Source: Candidatus Oxydemutator sp. (GTDB lineage: Bacteria > Pseudomonadota > Gammaproteobacteria > Poriferisulfidales > Oxydemutatoraceae). From it: 64,000 nucleotides of DNA. The stretch spans positions 960,001 to 1,024,000 of the forward strand of contig OZ241883.1 of assembly GCA_965203445.1 (NCBI GenBank), in the 5' to 3' direction. Shown here in pieces: positions 10,249 through 18,814 of the stretch. Both the position numbers and the translations under genes were made by a program. Below the pieces are notes generated by a model that was not told the DNA's origin, made no database searches, and saw only the letters and a program-made list of their open reading frames with translations. Within the stretch, counting starts at the first letter, position 1; each line of letters begins with the position of its first letter.

Positions 10249-10360
10249 GGGAATTATATAGAATGTTGTGCAAGGCACCGCATCCCATCCATTTGACGTT
10301 TCACAGGCCGAGTAACCTCACCACCTCCACGTCCAGCAGCCCTATTCCCGAAGGCCAGTA
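10249..10360 (-). ncRNA. Predicted omega-RNA scaffold overlapping the tnpB A 3' end
   Basis: Stem-loops conserved with copy B, a compensatory pair and a possible pseudoknot with the terminal ATTCCC; boundaries inferred. Confidence 0.6.
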
Positions 10361-11474
10361 TATTCAATGCGGCATTCACATCCGCATTGTCCCGATGACC
10401 GCAGGCGCTACACTCGAAGACCGCCTGGGTCTTTCTGTTTTCTTTATCTACGTTCCCACATTTACTGCATGTCTGACTTGTGTATGCGGGGTTCACGTAG
10501 TTCGTATCCGTCTTGTAATCCAGACACTGATGAAACTTTCCCCAACAAGACGCCAGGATCACGCGGTTCAGTCCGGTCTTTGCACGGACATTCGTTCCAG
10601 GGTTATCCTTCGTTCCCTTGGCGCTTCTTGTTAGCCCCTGGTTGTTCAATTTCTCCAGGTGCACAAGAGAGTAGTTATCGGCCACTTGCCTCGATGTGCC
10701 ATGGCACCAGTTCCGTCTGATATGACGCAACTTGGCCTGCGCTTTCTGGTGTAACGATTGCGCACGCCTCCACCGGTTCGACGCCTTGATCCCCTTCTTG
10801 CGGTTCGGCCCCTGACGCCTTGCCATCATCCTCTGAGAACGCCTGACGCGCCGCTCATGCCCTGCCATATCCGGCATACGAAATACCTTTCCATCAGAAC
10901 AGGTTACCTGACTGACGTTACGGTCTATTCCTACAGAGTACCCTACTTTCGATACTTCGGCCTGTTCCACTTCGTATGTGATATACGCGTACCACTTGCC
11001 GCATTCCCGCTTGACCGTGCCGGATTTGGGCACGCCGTCCGGATACGGATTGTGGCCAAGCAGCAGCACCTCGCCTATCCTGGCGATGTAGAGATAACGT
11101 CCGTTCAAGCGGAACGCTCCGGTGCATAACGGAAAACTATCAGGGCGGACATACTTGGCGTGAAACCTCGGCAGGCCTCCCTCTTTCTTGAGGAATTGCC
11201 TGTACGCGGTCTCTATCGGCTTCAACGCTTGGCGCACTATCGGCATGGAATACTCCTGCAACCACGTATCGTCATCCCTGCGCAATGCCGTGAACCGCTT
11301 GCCAAGAGAATAAAACCGGTAATCGCACTCGCCATCCTCGGCATACTCGTCACGCAACTTGCCCACAAAATGGTTCCACACGTAACGGCACGCACCAGCC
11401 GTGCCCGCCAACTTGCGGGCCTTGACTTGAGTTCCTGCATGAACTCTATATCGAATTGTTCGATACATTTTCAT
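10254..11474 (-). CDS. tnpB: RNA-guided endonuclease TnpB (copy A)
   Basis: GACRYVWN, RuvC-I GIDRN, RuvC-II HLEKL, YTSQTCSKCG...CSACG zinc finger, RuvC-III NADVNAALNI; stop codon inside TIR. Confidence 0.95.
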   Translation of the reverse strand: MKMYRTIRYRVHAGTQVKARKLAGTAGACRYVWNHFVGKLRDEYAEDGECDYRFYSLGKRFTALRRDDDTWLQEYSMPIVRQALKPIETAYRQFLKKEGGLPRFHAKYVRPDSFPLCTGAFRLNGRYLYIARIGEVLLLGHNPYPDGVPKSGTVKRECGKWYAYITYEVEQAEVSKVGYSVGIDRNVSQVTCSDGKVFRMPDMAGHERRVRRSQRMMARRQGPNRKKGIKASNRWRRAQSLHQKAQAKLRHIRRNWCHGTSRQVADNYSLVHLEKLNNQGLTRSAKGTKDNPGTNVRAKTGLNRVILASCWGKFHQCLDYKTDTNYVNPAYTSQTCSKCGNVDKENRKTQAVFECSACGHRDNADVNAALNILAFGNRAAGRGGGEVTRPVKRQMDGMRCLAQHSI

Positions 11475-11580
11475 TTTCCCGCACAACATTCTATATAATT
11501 CCCCATTATATCAGTTTGGGCGGGTTAGAAACATTGACCTGCCGAACGGCGAGTTTCAAGATGAACGGGAGAGTTGTCCC

Positions 11581-12270
11581 ATGCGTCTATCAGTAATCGT
11601 TTTGGCCTTCGCCTGCCTTGCGGGTTGTGGAGGGTCTTCGGAAAACGGCGTGCGGCACGCCAGGCCCGACTCGTTCGTGGTCGTCAACGAGACCATGCCC
11701 GCCGCCATATTCGACGTCAGGTATTATTCCGCCGACAACTTTCTCGGCACCAGGGTGCGCGGCTATGCGGCCCCTTTGTGCATCCTCGCCGAACCGGCCG
11801 CCGCGGCTTTGCGGCGGGTGCAGCAGGAGCTTGGCGCGCGCGGCTATACCGTCAAGATTTTCGATTGTTTCCGCCCGCAGCGGGCGGTGGATCACTTCGT
11901 CGCGTGGGCGCAAGATGCAAGCGATACCAAAATGAAATCAGAGTATTACCCGAACGAGGAAAAGTCCCGGCTGATAGAGAAAGGTTACATCGCCGACCGC
12001 TCGGGCCACAGCAGGGGCGGCACGGTGGATCTGACGCTGGCACGCAAGGCCGACTCGAAAGAACTGGACATGGGAACCCCTTTCGACTACTTCGACACGC
12101 TGTCCAACACGGCCGATCCGCGCATCACCGAAGACCAGAAGAACAACCGCCTGTTGCTGAAGACAACCATGGAGAAACACGGGTTCGTCAACTACGACAA
12201 AGAATGGTGGCACTACACGCTCAAGGACGAACCGTACCCGGATACGTACTTCGACTTTCCGGTCGAATGA
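11581..12270 (+). CDS. ddpX: D-Ala-D-Ala dipeptidase (VanX/DdpX, M15D), lipoprotein
   Basis: LAGC lipobox; DCFRP, SGHSRGGTVD, EWWHY. Confidence 0.88.
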   Translation: MRLSVIVLAFACLAGCGGSSENGVRHARPDSFVVVNETMPAAIFDVRYYSADNFLGTRVRGYAAPLCILAEPAAAALRRVQQELGARGYTVKIFDCFRPQRAVDHFVAWAQDASDTKMKSEYYPNEEKSRLIEKGYIADRSGHSRGGTVDLTLARKADSKELDMGTPFDYFDTLSNTADPRITEDQKNNRLLLKTTMEKHGFVNYDKEWWHYTLKDEPYPDTYFDFPVE

Positions 12271-12343
12271 TATTGAAGGTGGCTTGGCTGACGCGCCTAT
12301 GGCCACCTTACCCAGTTTGTTGTATGAGGCCAGAAACATTATT

Positions 12344-12382
12344 TTCTTGCATTTTGGGAGCCAAACTCCCGAAATGCAAGAA
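12344..12382. promoter_or_regulatory. 17-bp-arm palindrome ending on the A of the ATPase start codon
   Basis: TTCTTGCATTTTGGGAG-CCAAA-CTCCCGAAATGCAAGAA (16/17). Confidence 0.65.
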
Positions 12383-13563
12383 TGATACCGCGTCTGCTCG
12401 AAAATCAAATCCTTGACGCTCTTCGCGCGATGCCCGTGGTCGCCATCCTGGGGCCGCGCCAAGTCGGCAAAACTACGCTTGCGCTTGCGATCACCCACGA
12501 CAAAGTCGGCAAAGAAGTCCTCTATCTGGATTTGGAGCGAGATTCCGATCTGGCCAAGCTGAATGATGCCGAGGCCTATCTCAAACGGTTCGGCAACCGT
12601 CTGCTGATCATTGACGAGGTGCAGAGAAAGCCGGATTTGTTCAGGGTGTTGCGCAGCCTCATTGACGCCAGAAGGCGCGCCGGCGAGAAAGGGGGGCTTT
12701 TGTTGTTGGGTTCGGCTGCCCGCGGACTGCTCCAGCATTCCTCTGAGACACTGGCGGGTCGCATTCGTTATTTGGAGTTGAGCACTCTCTCTGCGCTGGA
12801 AATGTATCGGGCGAAGGTTCCGGGTTTTACGATGGAAAATCTGTGGCTCAGAGGCGGTTTCCCCGATGGTTGTCTGGTGGCAAACGACGATGAGAGTTGG
12901 AACTGGCGTTCTGACTTTATTGCCTCTTACGTGGAACGTGACATGGCGTTGCTGGGGCCGAAGGTCCCGGCCACGCGAATGAGGCGCTTTTGGAGCATGT
13001 TGGCTCATTGGCACGGGCAGCAGATCAATCTGTCGTCGTTGGGCAAAAGCCTTGAAGTGGATCACAAAACCATCCGATCCTACCTGGACACACTGACCGA
13101 TTTTTACATGGTCAGACAGTTGCCCCCATGGTCGGGTAACACGAGAAAACGGCTGGTCAAATCGGCCAAGGTCTATATCCGGGACAGCGGCATATTGCAC
13201 CGCCTTTTGAATATCCCGGACTATGAAACCCTGTTGGGGCATCCGGCATTGGGCGCGAGTTGGGAAGGCTTTGTGTTGGAAAACATCCTCGTCGGTTTGT
13301 CCGATAAATGGCAATCCAGCTACTACAGAACGGCGGATCGGCATGAGCTTGATCTGGTTCTGGAAGGGCCGAAACGGGAGACCTGGGCTATAGAGGTAAA
13401 ACGTTCGACGGCGCCCAAAGTAAGCAGCCTCTATCATTCTGCGTGCGCTGAGATCGGGGCAACGAGAAAGGTGGTGGTTTATCCAGGCGCGGACAGATTC
13501 CCGCTGGCTGATAACGCCGAGGCCGTCGGCCTCAACGCATTTTTGTCTGATCTGGCGCGGTAA
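12382..13563 (+). CDS. AAA_14 ATPase with HTH and DUF4143 / PD-(D/E)xK C-terminus
   Basis: GPRQVGKT, IIDEVQ, SETLAGRI, ELDLV...AIEVK. Confidence 0.9.
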   Translation: MIPRLLENQILDALRAMPVVAILGPRQVGKTTLALAITHDKVGKEVLYLDLERDSDLAKLNDAEAYLKRFGNRLLIIDEVQRKPDLFRVLRSLIDARRRAGEKGGLLLLGSAARGLLQHSSETLAGRIRYLELSTLSALEMYRAKVPGFTMENLWLRGGFPDGCLVANDDESWNWRSDFIASYVERDMALLGPKVPATRMRRFWSMLAHWHGQQINLSSLGKSLEVDHKTIRSYLDTLTDFYMVRQLPPWSGNTRKRLVKSAKVYIRDSGILHRLLNIPDYETLLGHPALGASWEGFVLENILVGLSDKWQSSYYRTADRHELDLVLEGPKRETWAIEVKRSTAPKVSSLYHSACAEIGATRKVVVYPGADRFPLADNAEAVGLNAFLSDLAR

Positions 13564-13569
13564 CGACCG

Positions 13570-15087
13570 TCAGGCCAGAAACAAATCGTAGCCCGGGTTG
13601 CCCGACTCGTCCTGATAGGCGTAGGGCGATTCGGCCAGCAGCGTCCTGAACCCCGCCAGTTCGCCGTCCGGCACCTGTATTCCCGCCAGCACGCGCCCGT
13701 AGGCGGCGCCGTGGTTGCGGTAGTGGAACAGGCTGATGTTCCAGCGTCGCCCGCCGATGTACTCCAGGAACTCGAGCAGCGCGCCCGGTCTTTCGGGAAA
13801 CTGAAAGCGGCACAGGCGTTCGTCGTTCAGACGCCCGGCGCGGCCGCCGATCATGTGACGCAGGTGCAGTTTCGCCATCTCGTTGTCCGACAGGTCGGCG
13901 ACCGGGTAGCCGTTGTCGTGCAACGCCGTCAGCACCGCGTCTTTGTCTTGCGCGTCGTCGAATTGCAGGCCGACGAAAATACGCGCCCGCGCCTCGTCGG
14001 CGTAGCGGTAGTTGAACTCGGTGATCGTGCGCCTGCCGATGGTGCGGCAGAAATCGAGGAAGCTGCCGGGACGTTCCGGTATCGTCACCGCGAGCAGCGA
14101 TTCGGCGCCCTCGCCGATCTCGTAGCGTTCGACGACGTGCTTCAGGCGGTCGAAGTTGATATTGGCGCCGGAGGCGATTGCGACCAGCCCGCACCCGCGC
14201 AGCCGCTCGGCACGCGCGTATTTCTTCAGGCCCGCGATGGACAGTGCGCCGGCGGGCTCGAGCAGCGCGCGCGTGTCGTCGAAGTGGTCCTTGACCGCGG
14301 CGCAGATCTCGTCGGTCGTAACCAGCACGACGTCGTCCACCGTACGCCGCGCGACGCGGAAAGTCTCGTCGCCGATGCGCCGCACCGCGGCGCCGTCGGC
14401 GAACAATCCGACTTTGTCGAGCGTCACCGGTTCGCCACGGCGCAGCGCCTCGGCCAGCGTCGGCGCGTCCTCGGGTTCGACGCCGATGACGCGCACCTCA
14501 GGGCGCGCGTGTTTCAGGTAGGACGCGACCCCGGCGATCAGGCCGCCGCCGCCGACCGGCACGAACACCGCGTGCAGGTCGTCGCCGCATTGCCGGTGAA
14601 TCTCCTTGCCGACCGAACCCTGCCCCGCGATCACGTCGGCGTCGTCGTACGGATGGACGAAGGTCAGCGCGCGTTCGGCGGCGAGTTGCAATGCGTGCTC
14701 GCAGGCCTGATCGTAGGTGTCGCCGTGTTGGACGATGTCCGCGCCCAACAAGCGCACGGCCTCGACCTTGATACGCGGCGTCGTGCGCGGCATCACGATC
14801 AGCGCGCGTATGCCGAGCTGGCGCGCCGCCAGCGCCACGCCCTGCGCGTGGTTGCCGGCGGAGGCGGCGATGACGCCGGCGTGCTGCTCGCGTTGCGACA
14901 GGTGCGCGATCTTGTTATAGGCGCCGCGCAGCTTGAACGAGAACACCGGCTGCAAGTCCTCGCGCTTCAGGCGCACGTCGCAGCCGAGGCGCGCGCTCAG
15001 CTTGGGCGCCGCCTCCAGCGGCGTTACCCGCGCGACGTCATAGACCTTGCAGGCGTCTATCGCCCGGATGTAGTCGTAGGGGGGCAT
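13570..15087 (-). CDS. ilvA: Threonine ammonia-lyase, biosynthetic
   Basis: KREDLQPVFSFKLRGA, SAGNHAQG, two ACT-like domains (PERPG, FHYRNHG). Confidence 0.96.
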   Translation of the reverse strand: MPPYDYIRAIDACKVYDVARVTPLEAAPKLSARLGCDVRLKREDLQPVFSFKLRGAYNKIAHLSQREQHAGVIAASAGNHAQGVALAARQLGIRALIVMPRTTPRIKVEAVRLLGADIVQHGDTYDQACEHALQLAAERALTFVHPYDDADVIAGQGSVGKEIHRQCGDDLHAVFVPVGGGGLIAGVASYLKHARPEVRVIGVEPEDAPTLAEALRRGEPVTLDKVGLFADGAAVRRIGDETFRVARRTVDDVVLVTTDEICAAVKDHFDDTRALLEPAGALSIAGLKKYARAERLRGCGLVAIASGANINFDRLKHVVERYEIGEGAESLLAVTIPERPGSFLDFCRTIGRRTITEFNYRYADEARARIFVGLQFDDAQDKDAVLTALHDNGYPVADLSDNEMAKLHLRHMIGGRAGRLNDERLCRFQFPERPGALLEFLEYIGGRRWNISLFHYRNHGAAYGRVLAGIQVPDGELAGFRTLLAESPYAYQDESGNPGYDLFLA

Positions 15088-15111
15088 CGGTTTTTCAGCG
15101 AGAGTCTGAGA

Positions 15112-15119
15112 AAACATAA
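15112..15119. repeat. 8-bp target-site duplication AAACATAA (second copy 16432-16439)
   Basis: Identical 8-mers directly abut both TIRs of element B. Confidence 0.92.
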
Positions 15120-15160
15120 GGGAATTATATATCTAAATCTACAGAATAGTGGTGAAGTAC

Positions 15161-15188
15161 TTGATTTTCTATAGGAATATGGTATGAT
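15161..15188 (+). promoter_or_regulatory. Putative sigma70 promoter of tnpB B (likely leaderless mRNA)
   Basis: TTGATT-N16-TATGAT with TGn extension, 8 nt before ATG 15197. Confidence 0.5.
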
Positions 15189-15196
15189 GTTTTGTG

Positions 15197-16426
15197 ATGA
15201 AAGTCCATAGAACAATCCGGTATAGGTTGCATCCCGGTACGCAGGCCAAAGCCCGCAAGTTGGCGGGATTGGCGGGGGCGTGCAGGTTCGTATGGAATCA
15301 TTTCGTAGGGAAGTTAAGGGACGAGTATCTGGCATATGGATGCTGTAAGCCTTGGTATTTTACATTGGGCAAGCAGTTCACTCTGTTACGTCGCCACTGT
15401 GAACCCTGGTTGCAGGAATACTCGGCCAACATAGTAAAGGCATCTTTGAAACAGTTGGAAACGACGTACAAGCAGTTTTATAAGAAAGAGGGCGGATTGC
15501 CGAGGTTCCATGCAAAATATATGCATCCCGATAGTTTTCCCTTGGTGACGGGGACGTTCCATCTGAAAGGCCGTTACTTGCACATCGCCAAGATAGGCGA
15601 GGTGCTGTTGCTTGGCCACTATCCCTATCCGGGCGGCGTGCCGAAGTCCGGCACGGTCAAGCGGGAATGCGGCAGGTGGTATGCGTATATCACGTATGAA
15701 GTGGAACAATCCGAAGCATTGAAACCTGTAAGAGAAGTCGGCATAGACCGCAACGTCGGTCAGGTAACATTATCCGACGGGACGATGTATCGTATGCCGG
15801 ATACGGCAAAACATGAACGTCGCGTCAGGCGTTATCAGAAGAAGATGGCTAGGCGACAGGGGCCGAACCGCAAGAAAGGGATCAAGGCGTCGAACCGGTG
15901 GAAGCGCGCACAGTTGCTTTATCAGAAGGCACAGGCCACGTTGCGACACGTCAGACAGAATTGGTGCCATGGCGTATCGAGGGAAGTGGCCGATAAATAC
16001 TCCCTTGTGCACCTGGAGCAGTTGAACAATCAAGGGATGACAAGAAGCGCCAAGGGAACAAAGGAGGAACCCGGAACCAACGTTCGCGCGAAGAGCGGCT
16101 TGAACCGCGTGATCCTGGCGTCATGCTGGGGCAAGTTTCACCAGTGCCTGGACTACAAGACGAATACGAATTACATAAACCCCGCATACACAAGTCAGAC
16201 ATGCAATAAATGCGGGCACATTGACAAGAACAACAGAAAGACTCAGGCGGTATTTATCTGTACCGCTTGCGGTCATCGGGATAACGCGGATGTTAATGCC
16301 GCGTTGAATATACTGGCCTTCGGGAATGGGGCTACTGGACGTGGAGGTGATGACGTTAGTCGGCCTGTGAAGCGTCAAATGGATACCAGAAATCAACAAG
16401 AAAGTCTTGTAGATTTAGGTATATAA
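15197..16426 (+). CDS. tnpB: RNA-guided endonuclease TnpB (copy B)
   Basis: GIDRN / HLEQL / NADVNAALNI RuvC D-E-D intact; CNKCG...CTACG zinc finger; stop codon inside TIR. Confidence 0.95.
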   Translation: MKVHRTIRYRLHPGTQAKARKLAGLAGACRFVWNHFVGKLRDEYLAYGCCKPWYFTLGKQFTLLRRHCEPWLQEYSANIVKASLKQLETTYKQFYKKEGGLPRFHAKYMHPDSFPLVTGTFHLKGRYLHIAKIGEVLLLGHYPYPGGVPKSGTVKRECGRWYAYITYEVEQSEALKPVREVGIDRNVGQVTLSDGTMYRMPDTAKHERRVRRYQKKMARRQGPNRKKGIKASNRWKRAQLLYQKAQATLRHVRQNWCHGVSREVADKYSLVHLEQLNNQGMTRSAKGTKEEPGTNVRAKSGLNRVILASCWGKFHQCLDYKTNTNYINPAYTSQTCNKCGHIDKNNRKTQAVFICTACGHRDNADVNAALNILAFGNGATGRGGDDVSRPVKRQMDTRNQQESLVDLGI

Positions 16427-16431
16427 TTCCC
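16313..16431 (+). ncRNA. Predicted omega-RNA scaffold overlapping the tnpB B 3' end
   Basis: GCCTT-CGGGAAT-GGGGC hairpin, GACG...CGTC stem, terminal hairpin 16383-16422, terminal ATTCCC; boundaries inferred. Confidence 0.6.
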
Positions 16432-16675
16432 AAACATAATACTGTAAAGGCCTTATATTTAAGTGCCGGGCTTTCCTCGGTTACTCTGGTATCCCCCGTC
16501 ATCCTCCGCGAAAGTGGGAACTTTAGTCTGGCCATTCTCGCCCCCGAACCTTCGCGGGCTATTTCCGATTGTTTTTAAGCCATTGATATAGAATTATTAT
16601 TTACGAATTTATTCAATAAGCAAAGTGAACTTCTCTTATATTGACTTTTCTTGGACTATCCACAGAATTGCTCCC

Positions 16676-18136
16676 GTGGAACTGATTCCCGCAGAGCAGT
16701 ACCGGGAGCGCATTTGCGCCGAAAATCCATGGTGGGATGAGGCGTCTCCTGGTACCGACAAAGCATTTCGGGATATGCGCCCGCGTGCCTATCTCGATTC
16801 CTTTGCCAAATTGGTGGAGGCAAGGGACGTGCGTCGCGCCGTCGTGCTGATGGGGCCGCGTCGCGTCGGCAAGACTGTTTTGCTGCAACACGTGATTCAG
16901 CGCTTGTTGGACGACGGTGTCCCGTCGCAAGCTATTGCCTACTTATCGTTGGACCAGCCCTTGTATGCCAACCGCTCCATTGAGGAACTCGTCGGCCATG
17001 CTCAAGGAGGTGGCACGCCGCCGAGCTCGCAACCGACTTTCCCGTCGTTGCGTGAAATCCAGTATCTGTTCCTGGATGAAATACAGTACCTGCGCGAATG
17101 GGAGCGTCATCTCAAGATATTCGTCGACGACCACCCGCGCATCAAATGCGTCGTTTCCGGGTCGGCGGCCGCGGCTCTGCGTTTGAAGAGCATCGAGTCC
17201 GGCACCGGACGCTTTACCGATTTTCTTCTGCCGCCACTGACGTTCTACGAGTTTATGGATTTACAGGGTATGGGCGACGTCGTCGTGCGCGAACGGCAGG
17301 GATGGTTTTGCGCGGACATTGACGCCCTCAACGAGCACTTCGTTCGCTACGTCAACATGGGCGGCTACCCTGAGGTGATTTTCTCCGAGAGTATTCGGAA
17401 AGACGTGAGACGCTACGTTCGCAGCGACATCATAGACAAGGTATTGCTGCGCGACTTGCCGAGCCTCTATGGCATCCGCGACATCCAGGATCTCAATTCG
17501 CTGTTTATGACCCTTGCCTGGCACACGGCGCAGGAAGTATCGTTGCAGGGGTTGTCGCAACATTCCGGTGTTTCCAGCCCGACGATCAAGAATTATCTGG
17601 AGTACCTGGAGGCCGCTTTCCTGATCAGGATAGTCCATCGTATTGATCGCAACGCCAAGCATTTCAAACGCGCCAATTACTTCAAGGTGCATTTGACCAC
17701 CCCGTCCATGCGCAGTGCTCTTTTCGGCCCGATAGAATCGAACGGCCGGGACATGGGCGCGCTGGTGGAAACGGCGATATTCTCGCAGTGGTTTCATGCG
17801 GACCTGGAGTTGCGTTACGCGCGTTGGCAGAGCGGCGAAGTTGACATCGTCTGTTTGGACGAGCGCTACAAGCCTCGCTGGTGCGTGGAAGTCAAATGGT
17901 CTGACTCCGTTGTTTCCCGGCCCCGCAAGACGACTCCTATCCGGTCTTTTCTCAAGACCCATCCCGGCGTCGAGGCCGCGTTCACGACGCGCTCGATGGA
18001 GGGAAAGTTGTCGCTTGCGCCGAACGTGACGGTGGATTGTCTGCCCGCGAGCGTTTATTGTTACTTGGCGGGTTTCCACGCCGTCGGCGACCGCTCGCGC
18101 GACCTGGTGTTGGGGGTGCGCGAAGGAACCCGCTGA
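16676..18136 (+). CDS. AAA_14 ATPase with HTH and nuclease-like C-terminus (DUF4143-related)
   Basis: ENPWW, GPRRVGKT, FLDEIQY, ESGTGRF, GEVDIV...CVEVKW. Confidence 0.88.
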   Translation: MELIPAEQYRERICAENPWWDEASPGTDKAFRDMRPRAYLDSFAKLVEARDVRRAVVLMGPRRVGKTVLLQHVIQRLLDDGVPSQAIAYLSLDQPLYANRSIEELVGHAQGGGTPPSSQPTFPSLREIQYLFLDEIQYLREWERHLKIFVDDHPRIKCVVSGSAAAALRLKSIESGTGRFTDFLLPPLTFYEFMDLQGMGDVVVRERQGWFCADIDALNEHFVRYVNMGGYPEVIFSESIRKDVRRYVRSDIIDKVLLRDLPSLYGIRDIQDLNSLFMTLAWHTAQEVSLQGLSQHSGVSSPTIKNYLEYLEAAFLIRIVHRIDRNAKHFKRANYFKVHLTTPSMRSALFGPIESNGRDMGALVETAIFSQWFHADLELRYARWQSGEVDIVCLDERYKPRWCVEVKWSDSVVSRPRKTTPIRSFLKTHPGVEAAFTTRSMEGKLSLAPNVTVDCLPASVYCYLAGFHAVGDRSRDLVLGVREGTR

Positions 18137-18805
18137 ATGACCTTGATGTCCGCAGCCGAACACAAGCAAGCCGCCGCGCGCGCCGCCGTCGAATACGTGT
18201 CGGCGGGGGACGTCGTCGGCGTCGGCACCGGTTCTACTGTCGCCTGTTTCATCGAGGCGCTGGGCGCGCTTCGGGGTCGCGTCGAGGGCGCCGTCGCCAG
18301 TTCCGAGGCGACGCGCGCACGGCTTGAAGCGCTCTCGATCCCGGTGCTCGACTTGAACGCGGTCGGCGGGATTCCGCTCTACGTGGACGGCGCCGACGAG
18401 GCCAATCCGCGCCTGGAGCTGATCAAGGGCGGCGGCGGCGCGCTGACGCGCGAGAAGATCATCGCCCAGGCCGCCGCGTCTTTCGTCTGCATAGTGGATG
18501 CGTCGAAGGAGGTCGAGGTGTTGGGTGCCTTCCCGTTGCCGCTCGAGGTGATCCCGATGGCGCGCGGCCTGGTGGCGCGCGAACTGGTCAGGCTCGGCGG
18601 CGTCCCCGAATGGCGCGACGGTTTCGTCACCGACAACGGCAACGCCATTCTCGACGTGCGCGGGCTGGACGCAACGCAACCCGCGGCGCTCGAGGCGCGC
18701 CTCAATCAGATCCCGGGCGTCGTCGCCGTCGGTCTGTTCGCGGCGCGCCCCGCCGACCGGCTGATCGTCGGCACCGATAGCGGCGTGCGCGTAAGGGAAA
18801 GGTAA
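18137..18805 (+). CDS. rpiA: Ribose-5-phosphate isomerase A
   Basis: [26 protein letters not shown]. Confidence 0.97.
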   Translation: MTLMSAAEHKQAAARAAVEYVSAGDVVGVGTGSTVACFIEALGALRGRVEGAVASSEATRARLEALSIPVLDLNAVGGIPLYVDGADEANPRLELIKGGGGALTREKIIAQAAASFVCIVDASKEVEVLGAFPLPLEVIPMARGLVARELVRLGGVPEWRDGFVTDNGNAILDVRGLDATQPAALEARLNQIPGVVAVGLFAARPADRLIVGTDSGVRVRER

Positions 18806-18814
18806 GGCCGCGGC

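Larger units (their letters stand above)
10249..11503 (-). mobile_element. TIR-bounded non-autonomous element A carrying tnpB (IS1595-like ends); no TSD
   Basis: Perfect 23-bp inverted repeat GGGAATTATATAGAATGTTGTGC (10249-10271) / GCACAACATTCTATATAATTCCC (11481-11503); flanks GGATATTT and CATTATAT differ. Confidence 0.88.
15120..16431 (+). mobile_element. TIR-bounded non-autonomous element B carrying tnpB (IS1595-like ends), with 8-bp TSD
   Basis: 24-bp inverted repeat GGGAATTATATATCTAAATCTACA (15120-15143) / TGTAGATTTAGGTATATAATTCCC (16408-16431), 23/24; TSD AAACATAA. Confidence 0.93.

Noticed and set aside
11581-12270. VanX homologue as a vancomycin resistance locus
   Set aside because: No vanH/vanA/vanRS; a lone DdpX-type lipoprotein in a Gram-negative context
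10254-16426. Calling the tnpB copies ordinary IS605/IS1341 elements or Cas12f
   Set aside because: No tnpA and no CRISPR array; the boundaries are TIRs with a TSD. The internal CGTCAA is followed by further conserved structure, so it is unlikely to be the element end
10249-16431. A and B as ends of one composite transposon carrying ddpX-ATPase-ilvA
   Set aside because: Outer flanks (GGATATTT vs AAACATAA) do not match, B has its own TSD and the inner TIRs differ
16576-16588. TAAGCCATTGATA as a recombination site
   Set aside because: Fits the IHF consensus in an AT-rich promoter region; no recombinase or partner site seen
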